A stretch of DNA of 64,000 bases from Acidimicrobiales bacterium. Its GTDB lineage: Bacteria > Actinomycetota > Acidimicrobiia > Acidimicrobiales > SZUA-35. Of this stretch, positions 1-10,048 are shown in pieces (within the stretch, counting starts at the first letter, position 1; every line of letters starts with the position of its first letter). The position numbers and the translations under genes were made by a program. The DNA lies in NCBI GenBank assembly GCA_020629155.1, contig JAHDDW010000011.1:19412-83411 (forward strand), given 5' to 3'. The notes under the pieces are model-generated. The model searched no databases. It worked only from the letters and a program-made list of their open reading frames with translations, and had not been told where the DNA came from.

Positions 1-2
1 GC

Positions 3-1223
3 TATCGCCAAGCGACAGACGAACAACTACTTAAACGTTTCAAGCGTGAATGTGAAGCGCTTGGCATGCTGGGAGATCATCCAACAATCGTTAATGTGTA
101 TGCCGCTGGTCTTCTCGAAAACAAGAAACCATATTTAGCTCTTGAATATATAGCAAACGGAACATATTGGGATTTATTAACTAGCGAAAATCTTGGCGAA
201 GCACAACTTGTAGAACACTTACAACGGCTTGGGTCAGCGCTTGCGTTCGCGCACAGCCGAGAAATGTTGCATCGCGATATTAAACCCGCGAACATTTTGA
301 TGCGCGGCGCTAACCCTGTCCTCAGCGATTTTGGGATAGTCAAGTTTGAAGATCAAACTGCGACGGCTGTAAACAATGTAACAGCTAGCCTACTTTATTC
401 AGCGCCAGAAGTATTATCTGGAGAACCCGCAACGCAACGAAGTGACATCTATAGCTTGGGCGCAACAGTCTATGCAGCGGCAACACAAGCTGCACCTTTC
501 ACATTAGAGAGTGACGAGTCGCTAAAACCAGCAATGAAAAGAATTTTAACAGGCGACAAGCAAGACCTCACACGACTTGGATTTTCTGCCTTCTTTGCCG
601 AAACAATAGATAAGATGATGGCGCCAGAAGCTTCCGAACGGTTTACTTCTGCATCTGCGTTTCTTGAACATCTTCAAAGTGCTACAGCTAGTGATGCAAA
701 CAACAGTACTAGTTCACGCATCCTCAACTCTAACGATGCAGCCGATGGAAGCACTGTCGTTCTTTCAGGACAAACCGCTCCAAACGCTGAGGAAAGCACA
801 AAATCTTCTAAGAAGGTTTCAGCCTTCGACGATTTAGATAGAACAACCCAGATAGTTCCAGCTCAAATAGACAGCGAGGCTACACAGCAGGTAGCAACCG
901 TTTCGCCACAAACCGAGACGTATGATTCTTCAGACGAAGCGACGCAGGTTATAGAGGCAACAAATCTGGCAGAACAAGGTTCTCAAACCACCGTCTGGAA
1001 CCCGTATAAAGACGGCCCGACGACAACAGTGCAATCTGCTGCTCCTGCCGTCGCACCTCCTGCGCAGCAGACGCCTCCTTATCAACCTCAGCCAGTTCAG
1101 AACACACAGACGCAGCAGCCAGCCAAAAAATCTCGCCTGTTTGCGATAGTGGTTGCGTTGATCATCCTTGTGGGGATTAGCTTGTTTGCTTATGCAGGCT
1201 ATTTGCAGTACTTTCAGAAGTAA
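3..1223 (+). CDS. Ser/Thr protein kinase, membrane anchored (5' end lies upstream of the window)
   Basis: The frame is open from nt 3 (YRQATDEQLLKRFKRECEALGML precedes the listed Met). Hanks kinase motifs HRDIKPANIL, SDFG and SAPE are present. A Ser/Thr/Pro/Gln-rich linker leads to a C-terminal TM helix LFAIVVALIILVGISLFAYAGYL. Confidence 0.85.
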   Translation, partial: YRQATDEQLLKRFKRECEALGMLGDHPTIVNVYAAGLLENKKPYLALEYIANGTYWDLLTSENLGEAQLVEHLQRLGSALAFAHSREMLHRDIKPANILMRGANPVLSDFGIVKFEDQTATAVNNVTASLLYSAPEVLSGEPATQRSDIYSLGATVYAAATQAAPFTLESDESLKPAMKRILTGDKQDLTRLGFSAFFAETIDKMMAPEASERFTSASAFLEHLQSATASDANNSTSSRILNSNDAADGSTVVLSGQTAPNAEESTKSSKKVSAFDDLDRTTQIVPAQIDSEATQQVATVSPQTETYDSSDEATQVIEATNLAEQGSQTTVWNPYKDGPTTTVQSAAPAVAPPAQQTPPYQPQPVQNTQTQQPAKKSRLFAIVVALIILVGISLFAYAGYLQYFQK

Positions 1224-1251
1224 GTTTCATTTCCAACCGATAGGATTTTCT

Positions 1252-1336
1252 GCCAATACTGCGACATAGAACCATGTATTGGCGGAAAACTATCATTCAT
1301 TTCCGCCAATAGTATACACTATAGCTATCTATTGGC
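1252..1336. promoter_or_regulatory. Two operator-like inverted repeats GCCAATA-N18-TATTGGC upstream of the ATPase gene
   Basis: GCCAATA at 1252-1258 and 1305-1311; TATTGGC at 1277-1283 and 1330-1336. Both units have an 18-nt spacer and are offset by 53 bp. The inner arms extend to a perfect 11-bp inverted repeat ATTGGCGGAAA (1278-1288) / TTTCCGCCAAT (1300-1310). Confidence 0.4.
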
Positions 1337-1347
1337 AGGAGATCTGA

Positions 1348-2808
1348 ATGCTCACCCCTCGCGAACCGACCACAAGCGATACTTTTATTGGAAGACAAAG
1401 AGAACGTACAAAACTAGAGAAGATAGCCGCCCAGGGTGAATCTGCAATCGTAGTCTGTTATGGGCGTCGACGAGTTGGGAAAACCTCGTTAATTGAGAAA
1501 GTATACGCAAAGAGGAATCTTATCAAAATAGAAGGAGCTGAAGGACTATCAGAAAAACAACAGCTTGCTATAGCCCAGCAACAGTTAGCAATGTACGTTT
1601 CAGATTCTTCTTTTAAATTCATCACTTTCACTACGTGGCTAGAACTATTTCAATATCTTTATGAGTCAATGAAACAAGGCACATGGACTCTTTATTTTGA
1701 AGAACTTCAGTGGCTAGCTGGCCAAGGCGATAACGAGAAACCCTCATCATTTATTGCCCAATTCAAGATTGCTTGGGATAACTACTTTCGCCATAATCAG
1801 AAGCTGGTCGTCGTCCTATGCGGATCCTCGCCTTCTTTTATGATCAAACAGGTAGTTCATTCTAAAGCGCTTTACAACCGTTCTTTGCATGAAATCCACC
1901 TGCAGCCATTCACGCTACAAGAAACGGCTTCTTTCTTCCCAACCCATGTTTCGAAACAAGAAAAAGTAGATGCTCACCTTCTTGTGGGTGGCATACCTGA
2001 GTATCTAAATCAGCTACGCAATAAAAGTTCAATTTATTTGAGTGTCTGTGAAGCTAGTTTCAAAAAAGACTCTTTTTTCTCCAACGAATACCAGCGGATA
2101 TTCACAAGCAGCCTTTCTTCCAACCCTGTTTACAGGAAGCTCATTCAGAGCCTCGCCCACAAATCTATTCAAACCAGGACAGAACTGTTACAAAGCGTCG
2201 CTTTACGTTCAGGTGGAGCTGCCTCCGAACTACTTGAAACATTACAATTATGTGGGTTTATAGAAAGTTATGCACCTTATCACGTAAGCCAGACAGGGAA
2301 ATCCAGGGTGTATGCAATAGCCGACAATTACCTTCATTTCTACTATAGATTTATTGAGCCTGAAGCTAAGCGAATAGCAGCAGGAGCCTACGAGGAACAA
2401 CCCAGTTCAGCACTGTCAAAGGCACAAGTTGACCAATATTTAGGATACGCTTTCGAGCGTTACTGCCGACAGAATCATCACTTACTCGCTAAGATTTTAG
2501 GTTTCTCGGCGGTCTCCTACTCTTCAGGCGCTTACTTTGAAAGAAAAAATGCTGCCAAAGGCAAAGGGTATCAGTGGGATCTGGTTTTTGATCGTGCCGA
2601 TAAAGTACTAACAGTCTGTGAAATCAAATATACAAACAGCCCTGTAGGGACTGCTGTGATCGACGAATTTGAACGCAGACTTGCAACTACTCCGTTTGCA
2701 AAAAAATACACAATCAATAGAGTGCTTCTGTCAGCACAAGGCGCAACAAAAGCTCTTCACGATCGGGCCTATTTCGATACCATCATCGATTATGACGACC
2801 TTGTGTAG
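1348..2808 (+). CDS. P-loop ATPase with C-terminal PD-(D/E)xK-like module (Arch_ATPase + DUF234-type architecture)
   Basis: N-terminus FIGRQRERTKLEKIA...VVCYGRRRVGKTSL (Walker A), with a Walker-B-like LYFEELQWL. The C-terminus WDLVFDRADKVLTVCEIKYT looks like a D...E-x-K nuclease core. Family assignment is from memory of the Pfam architecture. Confidence 0.65.
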   Translation: MLTPREPTTSDTFIGRQRERTKLEKIAAQGESAIVVCYGRRRVGKTSLIEKVYAKRNLIKIEGAEGLSEKQQLAIAQQQLAMYVSDSSFKFITFTTWLELFQYLYESMKQGTWTLYFEELQWLAGQGDNEKPSSFIAQFKIAWDNYFRHNQKLVVVLCGSSPSFMIKQVVHSKALYNRSLHEIHLQPFTLQETASFFPTHVSKQEKVDAHLLVGGIPEYLNQLRNKSSIYLSVCEASFKKDSFFSNEYQRIFTSSLSSNPVYRKLIQSLAHKSIQTRTELLQSVALRSGGAASELLETLQLCGFIESYAPYHVSQTGKSRVYAIADNYLHFYYRFIEPEAKRIAAGAYEEQPSSALSKAQVDQYLGYAFERYCRQNHHLLAKILGFSAVSYSSGAYFERKNAAKGKGYQWDLVFDRADKVLTVCEIKYTNSPVGTAVIDEFERRLATTPFAKKYTINRVLLSAQGATKALHDRAYFDTIIDYDDLV

Positions 2809-2822
2809 AGGATAAGCAAACG

Positions 2823-4139
2823 CTAGCTAAGCCGTTCAGCAAACCATGTGGCTAGCTCTTCGATAGGCAGGCGAACCTGTTCCATCGTGTCACGCTCTCG
2901 CACAGTCACAGCGTTATCTTCCAATGTATCGAAGTCGACGGTCACGCAATATGGTGTGCCGATTTCGTCTTGACGACGGTAGCGCTTCCCTATTGCTTGC
3001 GTCTCGTCATAATCACACATCCACTGCGAGGCCAGTTTAGTGAACACTTCCTGCGATTTTCCTTGCAAATCAGGCTTTTTAGACAACGGCAGTACCGCTA
3101 TTTTGTATGGGGCTATTCGATGATGTAACCGCAACACGGTACGAGTCTCGCCATTCACTTCTTCTTCATGATAGGCATCCATTAGAAACGCCATCATTGT
3201 TCGAGTTGCACCAGCTGCTGGCTCAATCACATGCGGACGATAGCGTTTGTTATTGACCTGATCAAAATATTCAAGCGGTTTGCCACTATGTTCGCTGTGC
3301 TGCGTCAGATCGTAATCGCCTCTATAGGCGATGCCTTCAAGCTCATCCCAACCCCAAGGAAATTTAAAATCAACATCATAGGTAGCAGATGAGTAGTGAC
3401 TTAGTTCGTCTTGGGTGTGTTCACGCAAACACACATTGTCTTTCGACATGCCATGGTCGATATACCAGTTAAGACGCTCTTGGCACCAATACTCGTGCCA
3501 TTTCTCGGCTTCTTCAGGAGCGACAAAAAACTCCATCTCCATCTGCTCAAACTCTCTAGTACGAAAAACAAAGTTACCTGGTGTTATTTCGTTGCGGAAG
3601 CTCTTACCAATTTGCGCGATACCAAACGGAGGTTTCTTGCGGCTTGTTACCTGCACATTAGAAAAGTTGATAAACATGCCTTGCGCTGTTTCAGGGCGAA
3701 GATAGGCGACTGCTCCCTCATCGACAACAGGGCCAGCATGAGTTTTAAACATAAGGTTAAAATCTCTAGGCTCTGTCAACTCGCCTTTAACGCCACATGT
3801 TGGGCATTGCGTCGGATCATCTAACTTATCTTCACGGTGACGCGCGCCACAGTTTTTGCAGTCAACCAGAGGGTCAGTAAAGGTTGCCAAGTGTCCAGAT
3901 GCTTCCCACACAGCAGGAGGCGAAAGGATAGAGGCATCAAGACCAACAACATCGGTGCGAAGCTGCACCATTGAACGCCACCATGCGTCTTTAACGTTAC
4001 GCAACATCAACACGCCGATAGGGCCATAATCATAGGTAGAACGAAAACCGCCATAAATTTCTGCTGACTGGAAAACAATCCCACGCCTTTTTGAAAGGTT
4101 TACGATTTTGTCGAACAGTTCTGATGATTTTTCTGCCAT
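2823..4139 (-). CDS. glyQS: Glycine--tRNA ligase (dimeric class II GlyRS)
   Basis: The N-terminus IVNLSKRRGIVFQSAEIYGGFRSTYDYGPIG and the FRNEITPGNFVFRTREFEQMEMEFF class II core are characteristic. Confidence 0.95.
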   Translation of the reverse strand: MAEKSSELFDKIVNLSKRRGIVFQSAEIYGGFRSTYDYGPIGVLMLRNVKDAWWRSMVQLRTDVVGLDASILSPPAVWEASGHLATFTDPLVDCKNCGARHREDKLDDPTQCPTCGVKGELTEPRDFNLMFKTHAGPVVDEGAVAYLRPETAQGMFINFSNVQVTSRKKPPFGIAQIGKSFRNEITPGNFVFRTREFEQMEMEFFVAPEEAEKWHEYWCQERLNWYIDHGMSKDNVCLREHTQDELSHYSSATYDVDFKFPWGWDELEGIAYRGDYDLTQHSEHSGKPLEYFDQVNNKRYRPHVIEPAAGATRTMMAFLMDAYHEEEVNGETRTVLRLHHRIAPYKIAVLPLSKKPDLQGKSQEVFTKLASQWMCDYDETQAIGKRYRRQDEIGTPYCVTVDFDTLEDNAVTVRERDTMEQVRLPIEELATWFAERLS

Positions 4140-4249
4140 GGCACTAGCCTAACGGCTGTTTACTATTTCTTCATCTTCACCCTTACATTTATCGACTGCT
4201 CGCCGATCTGCTAACGGTAGGCCTTACAGCTTATATTGAGGGAAAAATC

Positions 4250-5554
4250 GTGAATATTCTAAAAAACAACGCCGTCAGTTTGACGGCTGGGTTCGTCATT
4301 GTCGCGGCTGGAAATATTTTGTTCCACATCGCAGCGGCTCGACTGCTTGGACCTGCCGCTTACGGCTCTCTCGGCGCACTCCTCACTATCTTGCTGCTTT
4401 CTTCTGTACCTGCGGATGCTATCCAGGTAGCGTTAACAGCACAAACAACTCATATTTTTGACCAGGAGAAGGCCATCAGCTGGTCAAGGCTGTTTTTCAA
4501 GTTCGCTGGCGCTGGTACTGCGTGCACGCTGACGTTTGTTATCAGTTCACCTTCTATAGTAGAGGCGCTTAACATTGACGCTAGTAACGCGGCCGTCATC
4601 CTTGGACTGTTTTTTGTTCCAGCATTTGCCAATATTGTCACGCGCGCCGTTTTGCTAGGACGCAGGCGCTACCTGGCGTTAACGTACATCCTTATGGGCT
4701 CAGCCTCACTTAAACTTGTGGGAGGCACAGTGCTTATCGCTTTATGGCCGCAGGTTTCGACCGCGCTGTGGGTTGTCGTTCTGAGCGAAGCAGCACTCGG
4801 AATAACCCTTCTCTATGTTTGCGGTCGTACAACAAACCGAGCTGTTTCTTCGACGCAGGATCTGACGATAGCACCTTCTGAACTTGTCACCTCTAGCCTA
4901 GCGTTCGCAGGTTTCTGGGCCATCGTGAGTTTAGATACAATTCTAGCGAAACGCCAACTTGACGCCGAAGCTGCGGGGATCTATGCGGCATCTGCTTTGA
5001 TCGCCAGAAGCGTGCTTTTTATCCCGCAATCGATCGTTTCGTCTTCACTTCCCGAACTAGCCCAGAAAGGGGCACGAGGCAGAAACGCATTACTCAACGT
5101 TGTTCGATCGTCGGCAGCAACCGCTGCCGTTTGCGCTGCTGGAGTTAGCCTGCTCGGCAGCCGCGTCATCCCGCTTTTGTTAGGCGACCGTTATAGCGTC
5201 GAATCATCCGTTCTCGCAACGCTCGCTTGCGCCGCCATTTTCGCCAGCCTGCTTAACGTTGCTATCAACTACCAGATAGCTCAAGGAGCGACGATTAAAG
5301 CTAACACTGCCTGGTTCGGCGTAGCAATACTTGTAACGGCAGGAAGCGTTGTGACACAATCGATTCATCTGGCAGGCGTCACCTTTGCTGCACTTTCGCT
5401 AGCGCTGCTAGCAGCCACGATAGGTATCTTTACAAAACCTGACGAGACAGCACCAGCTCAGAAACAGCCAGCGCCAACTTCCGAATCCCTAGAACCCAAT
5501 AGCAAAATCACGAAGAAACGCTCTGTTAAAAAACTCTCAAAAGCACGAGGATGA
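4250..5554 (+). CDS. Polytopic membrane protein, MOP/Wzx-like polysaccharide flippase
   Basis: About 12-14 hydrophobic helices with a basic C-terminal tail and a GTG start. It sits 8 nt upstream of the GT-C gene. Confidence 0.5.
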   Translation: MNILKNNAVSLTAGFVIVAAGNILFHIAAARLLGPAAYGSLGALLTILLLSSVPADAIQVALTAQTTHIFDQEKAISWSRLFFKFAGAGTACTLTFVISSPSIVEALNIDASNAAVILGLFFVPAFANIVTRAVLLGRRRYLALTYILMGSASLKLVGGTVLIALWPQVSTALWVVVLSEAALGITLLYVCGRTTNRAVSSTQDLTIAPSELVTSSLAFAGFWAIVSLDTILAKRQLDAEAAGIYAASALIARSVLFIPQSIVSSSLPELAQKGARGRNALLNVVRSSAATAAVCAAGVSLLGSRVIPLLLGDRYSVESSVLATLACAAIFASLLNVAINYQIAQGATIKANTAWFGVAILVTAGSVVTQSIHLAGVTFAALSLALLAATIGIFTKPDETAPAQKQPAPTSESLEPNSKITKKRSVKKLSKARG

Positions 5555-5561
5555 CCAAACT

Positions 5562-8500
5562 ATGCCGATTCTGCTTACAACCCAAAAACTAGCGAAACGA
5601 CTACGCACTTCTTTGCTAAACAAGTGGCACTACTTTTTGCCTGTTTTGTTGAACACCGTTTTGGTGCTTCGCTGGTTTGATACTGGAAAATATATAGGCG
5701 CTGGTGATGTTTCACCGTTAATACGCAACAATTTGCGCAGCGAAGCTTTCTCGACATGGGGCCACCAACTCACAGGTGCTGGCGGCACACGCAATAACAC
5801 AGGCCGCTCGATCGAGACACTACTCATCCGCTTTGTCGAGTTTTTCGGCGGCGACACCCTCGCCGCACAGCAGCTGCTTTTCATTTTAGTTGCCGCTATT
5901 TGCAGCATCGGTGTCGCTCATACCGCTCGACTACTGCTTACGAACAAAGCAGCTATCGCAGCGGCAGCAGCACTCGCGTTTGTGAACCCGTTTGTTATGC
6001 TTTATCTGCCGAACCTTATCTTTCCATTGGCGCTGGGCACAATCGGGCTTCTTATCGGTGAACTTGTCGGCTTACTTCTTGGACACCGCAGCACTATTTT
6101 CAGGCTCGCGCTTTGTACACTACCTATCGCCTATCTGTCGGTCAACCCACCGCTTATCGTGGTCACGGTTGGTTCGACGCTACTTGCGATGGTTGTCGCT
6201 GGGCTCTATCGCAGACAAGAAGCCAAAAGGTTGGTGGTTTTTGTTTTGAAAGCTATTGCGCCGATTACTATCTTGCATTTGTGGTGGATAGTGCCGACAG
6301 CGCTTTTATTCGCAGCGGGCGGTCCAGCTGGTGTTTCTTTCGCAGCAGAAACCTCAGACACAGGGTGGAAATGGGTGAACGCTCAAAACGATCTCGATCG
6401 GATAGCAACGTTGACAGCTCATTGGGGGTGGGATCAATACAAACCATATTCGGCGACGCTCGACTCAGCTCCGTGGGTCTTTATGCGTTGGGTGCTGCCT
6501 CTCGGCGCTTTCTGCGGCCTTCTTTTTCTGCTGGCGTCTCGCAAGAAAAACCAGCGGATGCTTGGTATCGCCTTGGCCATCAGTGGCGCTAGTCTGCTCG
6601 CTATCGCGCAAGGGTTACACGGCACTTTTGAACGCTTCAACCTGTTTCTTTTCGAGAACGTACCTGGGTGGTGGTTGTTTCGAGACCCAGCGAGCAAATT
6701 CGGGCCGCTGCTCACCTTGGTCTATATTCTCCTTTTCGGGTTCCTTCTCGAAAAACTTTGGACCTCTCGCCGCCCCATGTCGATTAGCGCTAGACCTGCC
6801 GCTTCGTTACGCTTCTTTCGTCCGCTTTTTCTGTGTCTAGGCATTGCAGCCACAGGCCTCGCGATAGCACATCCTTACCCTATCTTGACTGGTGAAGTTA
6901 TTTCGGCAAGCGATCGTGGCACGCTACCACCAAGTCGTGTATCTGTACCTAGCGACTGGGAAGAGATACATCAGCTCGTTAAAGCTTCACCAGCGAAAGG
7001 CAAAGTCGCTGTTTTCCCTATAAACAACTACTACCAGGTCACCACGACATGGGGCTACCACGGCGTTGACTTAGCTAACCAGTTTTTCAGCCAACCTGTC
7101 ATTCAATCATATCCAGGCGGCTATTTCCAAGATAAACAACCGTTTACGCAACAGTTTGAAGCGCTACGCGACGCTATCGAATCGGCCGACTCTCTTGCTG
7201 TAAACAGGCTAAGCAAATCGCTAGGGGCAAGCCATCTTGTTATCCGCAAAGACACAACACACGACGCCAGACGACTAACGCTGCAAGCGCCACGTCTGAG
7301 CGACGTGACACAAATCCACTCATCTGATATCGCTGACGTGTATGAAATAGATGACTTTGGGCTAATCGATGTTGCAACACAGTGGACGAACGCTTCAACT
7401 GCTGACACAATCTCGGCGATCGATGCTGCTGGCGACCCTGTGCTAGATAGAGCAGAAAACGGAGCTAGGCACCCTTCACATTTTTTCTGGCAACCGAGCC
7501 TCGGCAACGATAACGTTTCAACAGTAGTATCGAGCGAAACGACCATAGCCGAAGTTACTAAAAACTATCTCGACATAGAAGAAACCGCTTATTCATGGAA
7601 ACTTCTGAACCGTCCAGAACTTGTTATCAATAACAAACAGCTTGAAAATAGGCTTGTCGCTGAAATAACAAAAGATGCCGATACAAAAAAATACATTGTG
7701 GCCAATGGACGTGCGCAGGCGTTACAAGACCAACAAGAAGTGGCGGCCAGCGAAGGGCACGTTACTATTCTAACAGCCAGCAAACCAGCGCCTCTAGTTG
7801 TCACACACACCATTAGCGACTGCAATAACGTAGGGAAGAAACCTTTACCCCAAGTTGCTATAGATAGCGAAATCACGCAAGAAACTGTTACCCTCACCGC
7901 CGCAGAACATACTGCGTGCACTATTTTAGACGTTCCACGAAGCGAACAAGAAACGGTTATCGAATTTTCTGTTCAACAAGTGCATAACGGTCTTGGCCGA
8001 GTCTGTTTGTGGAACCATGACACGTCACTTTGTGAATTTGATCAGAAGTTTACTTCGACAACCCAAGATAAACCGGTGATGCTTCTTGCACAGCCAAGCG
8101 ATAGCAGACGAAGCCTTTACTTGCATGCCAGTTTTGAAGAAGAAGCAGGCAGCCCTGAGGCAGAAGCGCAATATAGCTTCCCGCAGGCTTCAATCGTTGA
8201 AGAAAAAAACGTTGTTGCGGTCGAAACAACGTCGACACATACTATTGAAACACCAAACGGCAAAGCAGAACTTCGCTCCACTAGCGCGGATAGTAATCTG
8301 CTTGGCGAGTTTGGATTTCTCCAAGACTGCCACAAGCATAACGATTTAACCTTTGAAGAAGCAGGCCTAGCGATAGAACGTCACAGCAATGGGGTCACAC
8401 TCTCGGCAGAGAAACATTCCGCCTGTGTTTCTGCACCTGTTACCGCAAATCCAGGCGCAGAAATTGATTTAGCATTTGACTTCGATACGACTCGCGGCAC

Positions 8501-9110
8501 AGCCAAGCCACGGTTTTGTCTTTGGCAAGAAATAATCAATGCGTGCATAGCTGACGGTGTTATACGCGAAGCCGACTACGAGAGCAACCGCTATGCCGCT
8601 AAAGTAACACTTGGCGAGTCATCAGGCGAAGCGCTGCTGTTTTTCTATGCAGATAGCTTAGAAATGGGCACAGAAATTAGTTATACAAATGTCAGCGTCA
8701 CAGAAGACACGAGCCCTGATGTGTATCTTCATCAAGGTTCACCTTCTCAGGCTACCCTCAGTGTTGTTTCTGAAAAGCTTTCGTCGGATCGCTACCGTGC
8801 GACGATTACACTCGACGGCCAAAAAACACTTGTCACCTTGCCCGAATCGTATGACGACAAATGGCAACTTGAAGTGCCTCAGGGTTGGGCAAGCGAGCAG
8901 GTCAAAGTCAATGACTACGCCAATGGCTGGTTCGTCAGCGGCGAGGGTGAAGGCACGGTCACGATGACCTATCAACCTTCAATAATTACCAGCTGGGTGC
9001 AAAAAGCAAGCCTTGTCATAGCATTAGCGCTACTCGTAAACTTTCTTTTTTCTACAGCGTTGAGAATCGTACAAATAGTTCTTAAACAGAGGAGACGTCA
9101 TCTTGTCTAG
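5562..9110 (+). CDS. Large GT-C-type membrane glycosyltransferase-like protein (AftD/DUF3367-like)
   Basis: 1182 aa. The multi-TM N-terminal third has the loop GAGDVSPLIRNN...W. It is followed by a long soluble domain and a single C-terminal TM (LVIALALLVNFLFSTAL). The architecture recalls actinobacterial arabinofuranosyltransferase AftD; this was not profile-searched. Confidence 0.5.
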   Translation: MPILLTTQKLAKRLRTSLLNKWHYFLPVLLNTVLVLRWFDTGKYIGAGDVSPLIRNNLRSEAFSTWGHQLTGAGGTRNNTGRSIETLLIRFVEFFGGDTLAAQQLLFILVAAICSIGVAHTARLLLTNKAAIAAAAALAFVNPFVMLYLPNLIFPLALGTIGLLIGELVGLLLGHRSTIFRLALCTLPIAYLSVNPPLIVVTVGSTLLAMVVAGLYRRQEAKRLVVFVLKAIAPITILHLWWIVPTALLFAAGGPAGVSFAAETSDTGWKWVNAQNDLDRIATLTAHWGWDQYKPYSATLDSAPWVFMRWVLPLGAFCGLLFLLASRKKNQRMLGIALAISGASLLAIAQGLHGTFERFNLFLFENVPGWWLFRDPASKFGPLLTLVYILLFGFLLEKLWTSRRPMSISARPAASLRFFRPLFLCLGIAATGLAIAHPYPILTGEVISASDRGTLPPSRVSVPSDWEEIHQLVKASPAKGKVAVFPINNYYQVTTTWGYHGVDLANQFFSQPVIQSYPGGYFQDKQPFTQQFEALRDAIESADSLAVNRLSKSLGASHLVIRKDTTHDARRLTLQAPRLSDVTQIHSSDIADVYEIDDFGLIDVATQWTNASTADTISAIDAAGDPVLDRAENGARHPSHFFWQPSLGNDNVSTVVSSETTIAEVTKNYLDIEETAYSWKLLNRPELVINNKQLENRLVAEITKDADTKKYIVANGRAQALQDQQEVAASEGHVTILTASKPAPLVVTHTISDCNNVGKKPLPQVAIDSEITQETVTLTAAEHTACTILDVPRSEQETVIEFSVQQVHNGLGRVCLWNHDTSLCEFDQKFTSTTQDKPVMLLAQPSDSRRSLYLHASFEEEAGSPEAEAQYSFPQASIVEEKNVVAVETTSTHTIETPNGKAELRSTSADSNLLGEFGFLQDCHKHNDLTFEEAGLAIERHSNGVTLSAEKHSACVSAPVTANPGAEIDLAFDFDTTRGTAKPRFCLWQEIINACIADGVIREADYESNRYAAKVTLGESSGEALLFFYADSLEMGTEISYTNVSVTEDTSPDVYLHQGSPSQATLSVVSEKLSSDRYRATITLDGQKTLVTLPESYDDKWQLEVPQGWASEQVKVNDYANGWFVSGEGEGTVTMTYQPSIITSWVQKASLVIALALLVNFLFSTALRIVQIVLKQRRRHLV

Positions 9111-9998
9111 CCTGCTATCTAACAGTATTTCTAACCGAATCGACTTTGTTGGCGCAGGGTTCGCCAAATGCGGTACCACGTGGGTGAGTAAACAACTCGC
9201 TGCGCACCCACGCATTGACTTTTCTTCTGTGAAAGAAACAAACCACTTTGCTTCTCAAGCGCTGATGGATCGTTTCCCAGCAGATTTCAAAACGATGCGA
9301 CAAATAAGGCCCGAGACGATTTCCATGCTCTTTTCCCTGCTAACCAAGATATCTCCGTTAGCGGCGAATTTAGTGTGTATTACACTTATGACAAAGAGAC
9401 ATTGCAAAACATCAAAGCGTACAATAGCGACATAAAAATAATTCTTTGCTTGCGCGACCCAGCCGATGCAGCTATAAGCAATCATAGCTATGTCAAAAAC
9501 TCGCTTCGAGCTTCCGACTTTGACGATGATATTTTGCGAGAGGTCAGCAAAGGTAGTTATCTTCACACAAAATATTGTTATAGTGCGCCACTTGAACTGA
9601 TCGATTCCATCTTTAATGCAGCAAACGTGCACATCGTCTTTTTTAACGATATCAAAGGGAGGCCAGCCGAGGTGTTACACAGCCTCTATAACTTTCTTGG
9701 AGTTAACGCTTCTTTTGAAGCTTCTGATAGCGGCCAGAAAGTCTATGCAACGGCGCAACTTGGTTCGACAAAGCTAACCAAAGTTGCTAAACCGTTTGTT
9801 TCAACGCTGCGTCGTGTTGGAGCGCATAGCCTTGTTGATTCGATGCATAACACGTTGATTCGCAGACTTCCCGCAGCAAAAAATCAGCAGACCTATGACG
9901 AGAAAACCAGAAACGAGCTACGGCGACTCTACGCAGAGGACACAGCCCGAACAGCAGCACTTCTAGAAGAGCAAGGGCTACAGCTCCCCTGGGCGTAG
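9103..9998 (+). pseudogene. Sulfotransferase with a broken reading frame (true frameshift or sequencing indel)
   Basis: The 5'-PSB motif GFAKCGTTW is in frame 1 (9103-). The GEFSVYY and LCLRDPADAAIS (3'-PB) motifs are in frame 3, which is open from 9234. The switch must fall at the T4C3 run at 9331-9337. The TTG start overlaps the GT-C stop by 8 nt. Confidence 0.6.
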
Positions 9999-10048
9999 CT
10001 ACTCATGGCCAAATTATACTTTTTTGTTACTATCTGGCCAGGAACAGC

